DNA of 63,954 nt, filler included, from Reticulomyxa filosa (GCA_000512085.1; 21 parts of 21 records of this genome joined end to end with filler, not necessarily neighbours in it), one strand, 5' to 3'. Positions 38,145 through 50,440 are shown, counted from the whole stretch's first letter. Program-made: numbers and translations. Notes: generated by a model not told the origin, from the letters alone.

Positions 38145-39233
38145 TTATTGTTTTGCTTTTTTGGTTGGGGATGCATAACTAATATCGCTTGTTCCACTCA
38201 ATCTTCTTTTTTTTACTGCTTTTCTTACAATCGACATTTTGGGTTTTACCAATACTAAACATGTACTAGCGTACTGATTATTTAAGTCGTACGTGCCACG
38301 GCTGCCATAGTTTATTTCCGCTTTGCTAAAACGTTTGGAATCGCGTAATGTTTGATTTTTGTTTACATATGCTACATAGATTGGACAGTCGTCTTCAAGG
38401 TCCATGTCAGTCCCATGAAGCCACTTTGGGGTTGTCCAATAATATTCTAATCAACATTATTTAGATGGAGGAGAGGTAAAATACAAAGTTTAAGTATACA
38501 TTTAGAAATAAAGAAAATGTTTGTGAACTGTGTCCCAAAATAATATTCCAGTTACAACGTGTATCAGTTTCGGCCCATTCTTCGGTAACCCTGCCTAATC
38601 AATCCAAACATACATCAATCCATTGACATAAACACAAGGAAACAACTTCACAAAAAAAAAGTACCTTCAAGATCGTCATTATCGTGATCAGAATCAAATT
38701 CATTACTCCATTCGCCAATCACTGCGTTAATTTTGCAACAGGTTACAAAAGAATGGAACGCTTGGCTCAATATTGCGTAAATGGCGACATCACGTCCTTT
38801 TAAATTTGCGCGAGTGAATTCACCTTCTTCTATCTTGTGTCCAGTGTAGCAATGAGAGAACACCACGCACACTGTTCTGTTTCCAAACGTGTTGTACTTA
38901 TTATACACATTTCCGGACAGCAGTCTTTTAATTTCTTCAATGACTCGATAGTCATTTGCCATTGTAATGATTAAATCTACGATTATTCGAGGGAGATATA
39001 GTTTAAACAGCCCGCGTACGACTTGTAATAATGTTTCAGCAATCTTTGTTCAATTCAGTGAGTGTTATCAATTTGTTTTTAACTTTACAAAGTAAAAAAA
39101 AATTCATCAAAACTCGTTTGTCGTTCAAATACATCGATGACTTTCTAATTTTTAACGTAGCATTAAAGTACTTGAGGTCATCATGGAATTCTGTCGGAAT
39201 AATCAAATTGAAAGCAACTATAACGCGTCGCCC
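38145..39233 (-). CDS. 2OG-Fe(II) oxygenase-family protein, C-terminal part
   Basis: RRVIVAFNL (terminal strand of the double-stranded beta helix), then FSHCYT..ANLKGRDVAIY and a terminal YASTCLVLVKP, resembling the HxYT..LKGxD C-terminal extension. Confidence 0.55.
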
Positions 39234-39333
39234 NNNNNNNNNNNNNNNNNNNNNNNNNNNNNNNNNNNNNNNNNNNNTTAATTAATTAANNNNNNNNNNN
39301 NNNNNNNNNNNNNNNNNNNNNNNNNNNNNNNNN

Positions 39334-42300
39334 CTATTGAATACAGTTATACAACGTTTTTTGTAGAATCCGATATTGCCGCCCAAGCCAACATTCAAAG
39401 ATCCGGTGACGAGATGAGCATGGCTCATTCTCAACAAAAACGACTTTTTAACAAGTCAAGTACCAGCTCTGGACAAGACACAACACAGCCACAGCCAAAC
39501 CCCTCCTCCTCCTCTAGCGAACCAGTGAAATTCTCCTTCCGAGATACAGGACAAGACAAAACACAGCCGCAGCCTCAGCCGCAGCCAAACCTTCCCTCTT
39601 CCTCCTCCTCATTCGTTAGCCAACCAGTGAAATTCTCCTTCCGAGATAACATACAAGAAAACAACAACAACAGCAAAGCTGCCTTATTCCATCGTTTTAC
39701 AGAGTCTGGTATCGACAGACTAAACGAAAACAAGACAAAAACAACACCGCTTTCGTCTTCATCCCGATTTAACATCGCAGAAAACAGACCGGTCGCAAAG
39801 AACGTACAACCAAAAACACCGTCCCGCAATTTCGGTACTCCTTTTTCGCATCACCCCTATTTGTTGGCCCCTGGTTATGAAAATTTGGAAGAAAACCGCA
39901 ACCCTAGTACAGTCGCTGTGTCACAAGACAGGGGGGTCCAATACCTGGAGGAGGAATTGCAAGAGGCAGCCGATGAAAACTCCCCCCTCAACAAAAGCTT
40001 TTACGTGAAAAGTGAAGAAAGTATTGGATGGCAAAACACACTCAGGTCGACGACGATGGCCGATCAAATCAAACTCAAAACTTGTGGCCAACGACAACAC
40101 ATTACCAAAGCAGTCCAAAAAGTTATTGAAAAAACTCCAATAAAACACCAGCATACAACACAGACCAGGCGCCAAGCCCAAGAAAAACCAAAAGACCCAA
40201 AGGCGTTTTTGGGAACAAAGCTATTGAACGAAACAGCGGGCGCAACATCGAGAGAAAAAGTTCCACCATCGGAAGATTCCTTCGACGAAACAACAAGCGA
40301 AAACACCCGACGTATACGCGAGCCGGACGATGGAAACTTTTTGCGTATAAGGAAAGACCTTGCGTCACCATCCAGCTACCACAAATTATCCCCGCGCTCC
40401 CGCCGAGCTGAAGAAGCGGCAAATGAACACATAATACGATCATTTCCAGAGAGTTCGTTCCCCAAACGCGGAAACGAGAACCCAGCGCCCAAAACACTGG
40501 AAGGCCTGACCGATTTTACTGCGACCTGGGAGAGACCTCGGACCATGACACCAGACAGCAATGCGGAGCAAAAGGTGGAGCAAGGCAGAGGAAGAGAAGA
40601 CATTATCTCTTCCAGTGAAGACCGGTCCAGTGGGGAAAAAGAACCAAGAAATCAAGATACCAGTATATTGACATCAGTTGCATCTCCTATTCGTCCAATC
40701 GAGATTCTCGATTCAGAGGATGAACCTGTTGCCACCACAACACAACCGTATGTGAAGAGCGAGAAACAAGCACTGGAGACAGACAGCACCGCAATCAAAG
40801 ACACAGCAAACCCACCGGCAATTAGTGGAACATTGCAAATACATGAAAATTCCAAAGCAGAAAAAACTGCTCCAGTTTCAATAAATATCATCCAACCATT
40901 CCCGATACTCGAGACCAATAAAATCCATGCAATTGAGACGATGCCACCCGAACCACCAGTGATCCATTCACCAGACCAACCAATGCATCCACCGGAGCAC
41001 ATTGCAAGCGTAGAAACCACGATCCCCATCCCTGCCGCCATCCATCCCAACCAAATCCATCCAACTTGCGAAATCACGGACGTACCCGTGCCGCCAAAAC
41101 ATCAAAAAGTCGTTAATCAACCACCCACGATTAATCATTTTAATGATGAGAATGAATACCAAGAAACCCAAATCCATGGTCCAGTCAATAACACCCAAGA
41201 AGCAGAAAGACCATCCACTGGAATAAATCCCATCAATTGTACGGATGAATCGAACCAAATTTTGCTCCAAAGAAGCGGCCAAGATATCCATCAAGCCAAA
41301 TATAAATATCATCCAATTGAAATGCCAATGCCAATGTCCAAACCACAAATGAACCTTTCATCAGTTCAGCCAAGCCTTCATTCCAATGATGTCCAAGCAA
41401 AAAATTTGTTATACCATAATTTCCTTTCCAATAATGCCAAACCATCAAATGAAAACAACGATTTCATCCAAGACACACATACCAATATTTCCAACGATCA
41501 TGACAGCGAATCAAAATACCAAGACCAGAACGTGCAAGACTTGCCTATAGATACACAAAACAACAGCACCTTCAGCGACGATACATTTGAATTTAACAAC
41601 AGAACAGATATACAACACCAGACTGATCTGATGGATATCGATGAAGAAAAAGAAGCCCTATTAAATGAGGCCTTTGAGAACGACGAAATATACGACGTCG
41701 ATTACGATGCATATCCAATTTGCCCGAATCCCGGCCCCAAAAAAGCACCACAAGATGCTCATCAATGGTCCGACATTTGTCCGGTCGCCGGATGTGGAGC
41801 GAGTTTCAAAACGGAAGTTGGCTTACACATACACACAAATAAACACATTTCGAGAGACCCAAATACCGTTGTCTCATCCCATTATTTCAATATCTACAAA
41901 AGAATATCCTGCCTGCAATGTCGCGTAACATTGCCAACAAGCAGCGCAGTTCATGGGATGCATCCCAAATGTGCCAACAAAATGCAGCAACCACATTATT
42001 TACAACCGGAAATCGAATTAGATTTCAAATCTCAACCAGTCGATTTGGATCAATGGTCCTTTCCAAATCCGGAGGAGGTAGCCCACTACCCAGCTAAAAT
42101 TATATCGAGAATTCCCAAAGCAGCAAGGAGCCACTTCGCCTCAATTGCCAGCGTGACATTATTGGATATAGCCATGAGAAATAACAAAGAGGCATGGTCC
42201 AAATGGATGGTGATGATCCGATCAATCCTATGGGATCCGGGAAGAGGGGGGAAGGCACATATTAACAATAAAACCAAAATCATAATGAACAGAATAAAAT

Positions 42301-45075
42301 TATGGAGAGATCAATCGTTCGCTCAATTGTGGAACAATTATCTAAAGCATTCCAGCGACATCTTCAATGCCCCCAAGAAAGCCTCCACAAATTCCAATAA
42401 ACACAATGACACCATAGCTCGAAACAAAAGATGCATCAAATATGCCGCTATTGGCGAGCTCTCAAAAGCCTTCAAATCATTGTCACCATCTCCAGCCACA
42501 CAATACAACGATGCAGTGATCACCGCACTCCGCAATAAACATCCAGATGAGGCACCACCAATTGATATTGTTACATCGTTTGAGGATAACAAGAATCCCA
42601 ACCTGCCACCTATCCCAATTCACAAACACATCACCATCGAAGAATTAACAAAATATATAAGTAAATTAAGTAGATCGTCGTCAGGCGGGATCGACCTCTT
42701 CACAGCGCAACATCTGATAGACTTGGAGCCATATCAAAACGAATCCAGCACATTAACAAATTGGGCCAAGGTCGCGCAGTTGATAATCGAAGGAAGAGCT
42801 TGTGCGGACGCGCAAGCCATAGCATACGGAGCCAGGCTGATCGCCATTCCAAAGCCAGACAATACACCAAGGCCAATTGCAGTAGGATCACTGCTTCGAC
42901 GATCAGCAGGCGCCATCCTTCTTCAGAGGCACTCTGAACAAATTTCCAAAACTCTTGGACCCAAGCAGCTGGGCGTCAATGTCAAACAGGGAGCGGAAAT
43001 ATTCTCCCATGGATTCAAAGCTATATCCAAACACATACAAACAAACAACAAAGGAGTTCTGGTGAAAATCGACTTTCAAAACGCATTCAACACATGCAAA
43101 AGAAGAAAACTACTAGAACTGGTAAGGAAACAGATCCCCGAACTATATGGATACGCGAGGGGTTGTTATGCCAAACACGCACCACTATTCTTGCCTACAG
43201 GCCACATAATTACGTCCAAAACAGGAGTCCACCAAGGAGACCCATTGGGAGGAACATTTTTCGCCATAGTTTTGGCGGACGCATTGAAGCTAACCACATC
43301 CACGATTCCAAGCCTATTCCAGGCAGCATATCATGACGATTTAGCCCTCGCCGCAGACAACCCACAACACGTCATCCAAGCTGTCACTTCGCTCCTTACA
43401 ACGACGGATACACACGGTACCAAGATCAACTTGGACAAATGCGAATGGTTATCCAATATAGATTCACCGCCACCTACACACCTAAAACAAATCCCCCACA
43501 ATCAAACATTCAACACAACAATCGTCGGTATCCCAACCGGGGACGAAAACTACGTACAAAAAGAGATGAGCATAATTCTTAAAGAATGGAACATTCAATT
43601 CGACAATCTGTTGAGCCTAAAACATGCTCAAACCATGCTCCTCCTCCTCAGGAATTCATTGAATGCGACCAAGGCCAATTACCACATGAGAGCCAATTTC
43701 TTGAAATCCGCCCACAATTGGACAACCCAATTCGATGAAAAAATGAAAAGCACCACAGAATCCATTCTAGCATGCCCATTAACCAATTGTCAATGGCTTC
43801 AGTGCCAAATGCCAATAAGAAGAGGAGGGCTGGGCCTCAACTCTGCCAATGTCATATCCAGTCCAGCATACATCGCATCATCATTAACAGCAAGCCAGCG
43901 ATTGCCAAACATCCATCCAAATATCCAAAATGTCGACTGGTCCTCACCAAATGAATTCGAAGCAGCAATCTCCCATTATAACAACAATACACAGCCACAT
44001 AACAATATCATTGACTGCGCATTCATCCCAAACCAGGCCAAGCTATCCAAGAATATTCTATCACGCATCCAAGGGGAACTCCGCGATAAAATGTCCACGG
44101 AACATCGCACTCTGGTAAGAGCGATCTCCAAACCCTTCGCATCAGGCTATCTTAACGCCCGTCCCAATAAGTTCCAACATTCACTGTTCGACAACCGAGA
44201 GTTCCGGGTTTTGCTGCGGTTTCGTCTAGGTCAAAAACAGACCTTCAACACCAAGTGCCAAGCCAATCCTGCTTGTGCAACACCAATGGACCAACTGGGC
44301 AACCACGCGCTGTGTTGCAAATTTGGGAAGGGTCGAGTATCACGTCACGACGGGGTAGTTGCTTGCATCGCAAACCTCTTAAAGCGAGCAAACATCCCGC
44401 ACGAGAAAGAAGTTCGAGCCAACCAAGAAACCAATCATCGACCGGGCGACATCTGTTTGAAATGGTTCGGCGACGAATTCGACGAAAAATGCCTAGACGT
44501 CGGTATCACGCACCTGAACATCACAAACACACAAACACATAGAACAAATCAAGACGATTGGGCCTTAAACGGTTATTATAGTCGAAAGATCAGAAAACAC
44601 AGATTTCGCTGTGAGCAAGCTAACAAGTCCTACACACCCCTCATTGCGGAAGCGACTGGAGGATGGCAGCAAGACGCAAGAGATTTCTTCGACAGGTTGG
44701 CCCAGGTCATTGCGGACAGGGATGGCGGAGACCTATCAAAGACCAAGATGCAGATATACACCACATTAAGCACTCAACTACAAAAAGGGAATGCTAGGAT
44801 GCTGAACTCCTTTTGCGCATGACAGGGACATGCAATAACGTTCACCAACATGATGGAGGATGATGAAAAGTTTGAGATTCAAAAATGAAAAGGTCCAGTT
44901 CATTAAACCCCGTCCAAAAAATTCTTTTTCTACAAAACATTTAAAATTTTTCCTATAATGGGACCCATTATTTAAATTTACGTTTCATTTTCAATTTGTT
45001 TTTGTCTTTTGGGTTTTTTAAGGGATTAATCTCCCATTTACGTTCTTAAACTTGGGGAACTATTTACTTTTTACC
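39334..45075 (+). mobile_element. Non-LTR retrotransposon with restriction-like endonuclease (CRE-clade-like)
   Basis: A single intronless ORF fills the contig, followed by about 250 nt of AT-rich 3' sequence. Confidence 0.92.
39414..44822 (+). CDS. Retrotransposon polyprotein: disordered N-terminus, C2H2 and CxxC..HxxC zinc fingers, RT, CCHC-type knuckle, PD-(D/E)XK endonuclease
   Basis: Zinc fingers CPVAGC..HTNKH and CLQC..HPKC. RT motifs RPIAVG, QLGV, KIDFQNAFN, GVHQGDPLG, AYHDD and RRGGLGL. C-terminal CQANPAC..GNHALCC..RHD, RPGDI..LDVGIT..RKIRKH..PLIAEATGGW. Confidence 0.95.
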   Translation: MSMAHSQQKRLFNKSSTSSGQDTTQPQPNPSSSSSEPVKFSFRDTGQDKTQPQPQPQPNLPSSSSSFVSQPVKFSFRDNIQENNNNSKAALFHRFTESGIDRLNENKTKTTPLSSSSRFNIAENRPVAKNVQPKTPSRNFGTPFSHHPYLLAPGYENLEENRNPSTVAVSQDRGVQYLEEELQEAADENSPLNKSFYVKSEESIGWQNTLRSTTMADQIKLKTCGQRQHITKAVQKVIEKTPIKHQHTTQTRRQAQEKPKDPKAFLGTKLLNETAGATSREKVPPSEDSFDETTSENTRRIREPDDGNFLRIRKDLASPSSYHKLSPRSRRAEEAANEHIIRSFPESSFPKRGNENPAPKTLEGLTDFTATWERPRTMTPDSNAEQKVEQGRGREDIISSSEDRSSGEKEPRNQDTSILTSVASPIRPIEILDSEDEPVATTTQPYVKSEKQALETDSTAIKDTANPPAISGTLQIHENSKAEKTAPVSINIIQPFPILETNKIHAIETMPPEPPVIHSPDQPMHPPEHIASVETTIPIPAAIHPNQIHPTCEITDVPVPPKHQKVVNQPPTINHFNDENEYQETQIHGPVNNTQEAERPSTGINPINCTDESNQILLQRSGQDIHQAKYKYHPIEMPMPMSKPQMNLSSVQPSLHSNDVQAKNLLYHNFLSNNAKPSNENNDFIQDTHTNISNDHDSESKYQDQNVQDLPIDTQNNSTFSDDTFEFNNRTDIQHQTDLMDIDEEKEALLNEAFENDEIYDVDYDAYPICPNPGPKKAPQDAHQWSDICPVAGCGASFKTEVGLHIHTNKHISRDPNTVVSSHYFNIYKRISCLQCRVTLPTSSAVHGMHPKCANKMQQPHYLQPEIELDFKSQPVDLDQWSFPNPEEVAHYPAKIISRIPKAARSHFASIASVTLLDIAMRNNKEAWSKWMVMIRSILWDPGRGGKAHINNKTKIIMNRIKLWRDQSFAQLWNNYLKHSSDIFNAPKKASTNSNKHNDTIARNKRCIKYAAIGELSKAFKSLSPSPATQYNDAVITALRNKHPDEAPPIDIVTSFEDNKNPNLPPIPIHKHITIEELTKYISKLSRSSSGGIDLFTAQHLIDLEPYQNESSTLTNWAKVAQLIIEGRACADAQAIAYGARLIAIPKPDNTPRPIAVGSLLRRSAGAILLQRHSEQISKTLGPKQLGVNVKQGAEIFSHGFKAISKHIQTNNKGVLVKIDFQNAFNTCKRRKLLELVRKQIPELYGYARGCYAKHAPLFLPTGHIITSKTGVHQGDPLGGTFFAIVLADALKLTTSTIPSLFQAAYHDDLALAADNPQHVIQAVTSLLTTTDTHGTKINLDKCEWLSNIDSPPPTHLKQIPHNQTFNTTIVGIPTGDENYVQKEMSIILKEWNIQFDNLLSLKHAQTMLLLLRNSLNATKANYHMRANFLKSAHNWTTQFDEKMKSTTESILACPLTNCQWLQCQMPIRRGGLGLNSANVISSPAYIASSLTASQRLPNIHPNIQNVDWSSPNEFEAAISHYNNNTQPHNNIIDCAFIPNQAKLSKNILSRIQGELRDKMSTEHRTLVRAISKPFASGYLNARPNKFQHSLFDNREFRVLLRFRLGQKQTFNTKCQANPACATPMDQLGNHALCCKFGKGRVSRHDGVVACIANLLKRANIPHEKEVRANQETNHRPGDICLKWFGDEFDEKCLDVGITHLNITNTQTHRTNQDDWALNGYYSRKIRKHRFRCEQANKSYTPLIAEATGGWQQDARDFFDRLAQVIADRDGGDLSKTKMQIYTTLSTQLQKGNARMLNSFCA

Positions 45076-45175
45076 NNNNNNNNNNNNNNNNNNNNNNNNN
45101 NNNNNNNNNNNNNNNNNNNTTAATTAATTAANNNNNNNNNNNNNNNNNNNNNNNNNNNNNNNNNNNNNNNNNNNN

Positions 45176-45213
<38 letters not shown>

Positions 45214-47130
45214 TGGTAAGGACGGACAAAAAAGAAAGAAGAGTGTAAAGAAGGATAAGAATAAGAATAGGAATAAGAATAAGAATAAAAATGACAGAGA
45301 CGATGGGAACTCGACGCCCATGATGCAACGTATAGTGAGCCACGAAGACGTTGGCAACGGCGTGATGACGACGGTATTGTCGTATATGGACACTCCTCGA
45401 AGCGTGGTGCACTCGGTGGCTGAGGGTCCGATGTTGTGTTACCATCGCATCAGCGACTACTTCCCCATCCCAAAGACGAGTGACGACCGTGCGAAGATGG
45501 GCACGATGATGGTCATTGACGGATCAGTCAATTCAAAGATGGCCACAAAAAATGTGAATGTAAATATAAATACAAATATGAAATCAAATGTAACGACACC
45601 AATGACAGCAACGCAACAACAACAACAACAAAGGACAGGACAACCACTAACCAATAACAGTGGCAATCGCAGTCAACTAGTATATGTCGGTGGCGTGTCC
45701 ACGCAAGACAAGGAAAAGGTGGAACATTTGCTGAGTGTGCTATTCACAATTTGGGGCGAACATCCTGATATGGCCTACAAAAGCGAGAGCAACAGTCTAT
45801 TCGTTCGCTTCAACAATGTCGTGCGTGCTGTTCAGGGCATCAACTACATCGACAAACTCGTAGAGTCGAAACAGATCAATGTCACTTGCGAACTCGTAAT
45901 GGAGGGCAGTCAGATGGTATACATCCAAGGCTTGGACAAAGAGTGGGACGAACAAGTGTTTCAAGACACTTGGAACGAACGTCTTTCCGACTTGCATTAT
46001 CGCGTCAAAATTTACAAAAAAAAAGACTGTGCGTGCGCTTACGTACACTTCACCAGCTTGGAAAGCGCGCAAAGCGCTATCGATCGCATGGACGGCGATT
46101 GCGAAATCGACGGCCAGTTTGTGCGCTGGCAGCAGATGGAAAAAGTGTACGTCGGCGAATTAGACCCCAACACCACTGTCGACGACATCACCAAGTATTT
46201 GGGAGAATTTGACCCACTCTTCAGCGTATTGCCCGTCGAACTGAGGAAATGCCACACGCGACGAGGAATGCCGACATTCCGTCACGAGGACGGTGATGAT
46301 GGTGATGAGGAGAAGGACGACGATGACGACGATGATGAGAAGCAGAATGGGAATAGTGATGAGAACGATACTAATCATGCCAATACCAATAATGCCAATG
46401 GAGATCTTGGACATGAAGACCATGAGAATAAGGACAATCACAGCAATGGCGACAATCATTCGATAAAAATTGAAAGGATGGATACCGACGTTGCGCCTGT
46501 GGCGCATTCCGGCTCACGCAGTCGCGTCGCTGGTCGTACCAGCCGTACTCGTCCTGTCAAGCATACAGGCCTTGAAGAAGAAAAAGCGCCGGAATTGCGT
46601 CACAGAGCTGGAAAAGATTCAGCAAAAGAAGAACCGGATAGTAATGCCAATGCAAACGACAAAGACGAAGAGGAGAATCAGAAAGGTGACAATGTTCGAA
46701 ATAATAAAAACAACAAGAACGAAAAGGAAAAAGAAGACGAAGAAGAGAAGGATGAGGAAGATAGGAATGAATCAGCAGCAGAAAAGCATTTTGGAAAGAA
46801 AGCGTCAATGGGATTGACAAGCGAAGAAATATTGACAGAAGAAGAATTCAAAGCGCACATCGAAAAACACCCCAATAGTAACACTCACAACCAACACGAC
46901 CTCGAGAGAGAGCGAGCTGAAACTGCACATAGCGAAGGTAGTGTCCGCTCCGACAGTTATTTTGCTAATTCGCCCCCTTTGGGAAGTCGTGTCTACGGCT
47001 CAGACAACAATAATAATAATAATAATAGTAATAATAACAATAGCGAGAATGATGACAACAAAAATAAGACTAACAAGTTGCAATTTTATTCGTCGGATAC
47101 ACCAACTAAACAACGTATTGCCACAAGTTT
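45176..47130 (+). CDS. RRM-domain RNA-binding protein (about 3 RRMs), partial
   Basis: RNP2-like LVYVGGV, MVYIQGL and KVYVGEL; RNP1-like CAYVHF and LFVRF; acidic low-complexity tail. Confidence 0.8.
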
Positions 47131-48826
47131 TGTTTTCATTTTCATTTTTTTTTATTTTTTTTTTTTTTTNNNNNNNNNNNNNNNNNNNNNNNNNNNNNNN
47201 NNNNNNNNNNNNNTTAATTAATTAANNNNNNNNNNNNNNNNNNNNNNNNNNNNNNNNNNNNNNNNNNNNTATGATATCTTTCATCAAACTATATTCATCG
47301 CAAAAAATTTCTGCATTTTAACATTTTAAATCTAAAAGAAAGTCGAAAATATGTAGATAGATTCGATTTGGTTTATTTAGTTTTCACTTGTGTTTTTGAA
47401 AAACTGATAACTGGAGTTAATTGCGTGTGGTAATATGCAATAGACTAATTTTGCCTATTCTATTAGAAAAAAAACAATAACATTAGACATTAAGTGCTCC
47501 AAAAGAGTCTCGCTTAAGCGTATGCGAAATATGGATTAATTCTTGCCACTATTCCTGCAAAAAAGACTTCGAGTACTATCCTCTTGCCGTCATGTGGGAG
47601 TAGATGACAAAAAGAATACGTGTAACAGAAAAGAACAACAAGACGACAAAGAAAAAAAAAGGATTAGGAAGAAGTAGAGCTTGAAGCCAATGAAGCCAAT
47701 GAAAATGACGAAAAAGACGAGCATGAAGAAGAGGTCAACAAAGATGACAATGACAGTTGATGAAAAATCATTAGTTTTTGGGATATTGAAAGTAACTACA
47801 AATTTCATCAATTCAATTACACTAGTGGCGTTGTTGGAATTGAATTATCAACATTTAATGATGATCGACATTTATGTTCGCCTCACATAACAATAATGTA
47901 TGTTTATGAGACATCAAAACATCTAAATGTTACATATTGTGTTTGTGTGGACAATAACAATAGCTTTTTTTTTCTAATAAATATTTGATGCTATCTAACA
48001 AAAAATGATTGAAGGCTGTTTTTTGCACGTATACACACTTTTGCGATACTCACAAACAAAGTGAATGCTTAGTATATTGCTATTGCATTGTTTAAACTCT
48101 TTTATTATTGTTCGGGAATTAGAATATTTCATTAAAGTTCAATCTTGCACACAATTACTTGTCAAGAACACAAATATTTACATGACAGTCAACCTTTTTC
48201 CATTATCACCTTTCTTATTGAAAATTTTTCAACAAATTTGACAATTTATTTTCCTTTTCAACAGGTCACAAAGGAAATCAAAGTTGGNNNNNNNNNNNNN
48301 NNNNNNNNNNNNNNNNNNNNNNNNNNNNNNNTTAATTAATTAANNNNNNNNNNNNNNNNNNNNNNNNNNNNNNNNNNNNNNNNNNNNAAAAAGGTATGAG
48401 CAAAAATTCACATTACATAACAACATTTTTTTGGTTCATTATGTAAACCAGAGCAATAAATCGTTGCACATGAAATTGTTCAAATGTACTTGCACAATTT
48501 CATATATTTCTTTCAATTGTGATGTACTGATTCTAATGGTCACATTGCATTAATACTTTCTCCGAATGGGGTCACTATAAGATGATATCGAATATACAAA
48601 GTGGTCGTTGAAGATATTCAAACAATTGACGATCGATAACGAAGTAGTACTTATCACATCTTGGTGTGAAAAAAATATTTCTTAGTGGATTGTTGCAAAA
48701 TGAAAAAAAGATAGAATAAAATTCTTGCTTGCAAAAAAAAACTAGTGTTTGGAAAGAGTTTTTGAAAAAAAAAAAGTGCATCCCCTCCCCTCCCCCTTTT
48801 GTTTTGTAAAATTTTGATAATAGTTA

Positions 48827-50009
48827 ATGTATACATCCCACGCCCCCTCATCGACAAAGTCGAAATCAAAATCGCAGCCTCCACCTTGGAACTGGCGCCT
48901 ACCTCGCTATCTGGCACCTTTAAGCCGCATCCGCTATTTGTGGTTGTGGATATTGATACTAGTGTCTAGCGTGGTGATGTTAGCGCGTTACGAGATCGAC
49001 AACACGAAATGGGCACGCGTATGTTACGAGCAAGTGAAGCGCGTGTTATTTTGCCAAAAGCAGACGAGTGAGATAATCGGGTGTTCAATCCATCGAAAGT
49101 ACTGTGCAAATGAGGCATTGGAGATTCCATGTTGTCGCACACTGTTGTACATGATGTACGAGGACTACGTAACATATTACAATGAACGACTGGAAGATAA
49201 GGACAAAGACACAGCAAGTGAGCGCGCAATTAAGAAGCGTCTACGCAAGATTCGGTTTCAATTGACAGAAGGGTCGTTATTGCAATTGATTCGCGACGGA
49301 CGCTTGGCGCCGTGGGAACACGATATCGACGTCCATTACTTCACGAAAGACGAATATGAAATTCTGCTGATTCAAAGGATCGCCAGCGACTTTGCACACA
49401 CCAAAGGTCTCAAACTCGACAGCGGACATTACTTACGCGACCAATACGAGACCGGATATTACAATCAAAAATATGCCGATTTGATGGGCTTTTCTTTCCC
49501 TCTGTCCCTTCAAACGCCCTCGTTTGCACACAATCCTCCGTCACACTTCACTGTGTGTGGCATCTTTCAATACTATCATAGCGTCGATTCCGATCGCTTT
49601 CGGGATCCCACTGTACTCTTCTCCCCATTCACACCCTCGCTTGATATCTGGTTCGGCATGGATGAAGTCCATTCCACACATTCTCAACTTGCTATGCATT
49701 GGACCACTCCACAAATTTACAAGTTATATACATATATATATATATAAATATATATATATATATGTATATAACTTGTAAACTTTTTTTTCTAATAACAGAA
49801 GTCCTGAAAGTGCTTGGGACGAATACACTCTACGATATGTTCCTCCTCATGGAGTCGAACCTCTTTTTGCTGGAAAACCTTCTCGTACTTTCAAAGTCTT
49901 TAATATGTCCGAAAACTATCTTGATGAACATCCCGAATTACGCACGTGGAGGGAGGGACCCAATCACCCCCTTGATGTTCTCAACTACACTGGATTCTAT
50001 GCTGAGTAA
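48827..50009 (+). CDS. LicD/fukutin-family phosphotransferase, type II membrane protein (1 intron)
   Basis: N-terminal TM (YLWLWILILVSSVVML) and the LicD motif LTEGSLLQLIRDGRLAPWEHDIDV. Intron GTTATA..AACAG at about 49723-49798; stop TAA at 50007-50009. Confidence 0.8.
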
Positions 50010-50440
50010 CATCCTTCTTTTGCTTTTTTTCTTTTGCCTCTCTTGTAATTCAAAGTCTAACTCACTTTTCAAAATAAACTTATCCAACTACATCTTTTTT
50101 TTAAATACGCTTGACTTATCCATTTCTTCATCTGTTTTTCTCTTTCCTGAATACTCAAAAATACGTCCATAAAGGGAACATTCGTTCTTAAAAAAAAACT
50201 AAATCAATGTCTTCAGATAAATCATTAATAGCACGGAATAGAGAAAATGTATGGACATTATTTGGAACAAACAAATGGATTGAGGTTTATGCTGGTACAG
50301 CACTTTGAGTGTGCTCTTGTCTTCTGCGTTTGCTTTTACTNNNNNNNNNNNNNNNNNNNNNNNNNNNNNNNNNNNNNNNNNNNNTTAATTAATTAANNNN
50401 NNNNNNNNNNNNNNNNNNNNNNNNNNNNNNNNNNNNNNNN

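Noticed and set aside
39334-39352. CTATTGAATACAGTTATAC loosely resembles a trypanosomatid spliced-leader sequence, the target of SLACS/CZAR elements
   Set aside because: The match is short, gapped and AT-rich, lies within the open reading frame, and the host does not look kinetoplastid.
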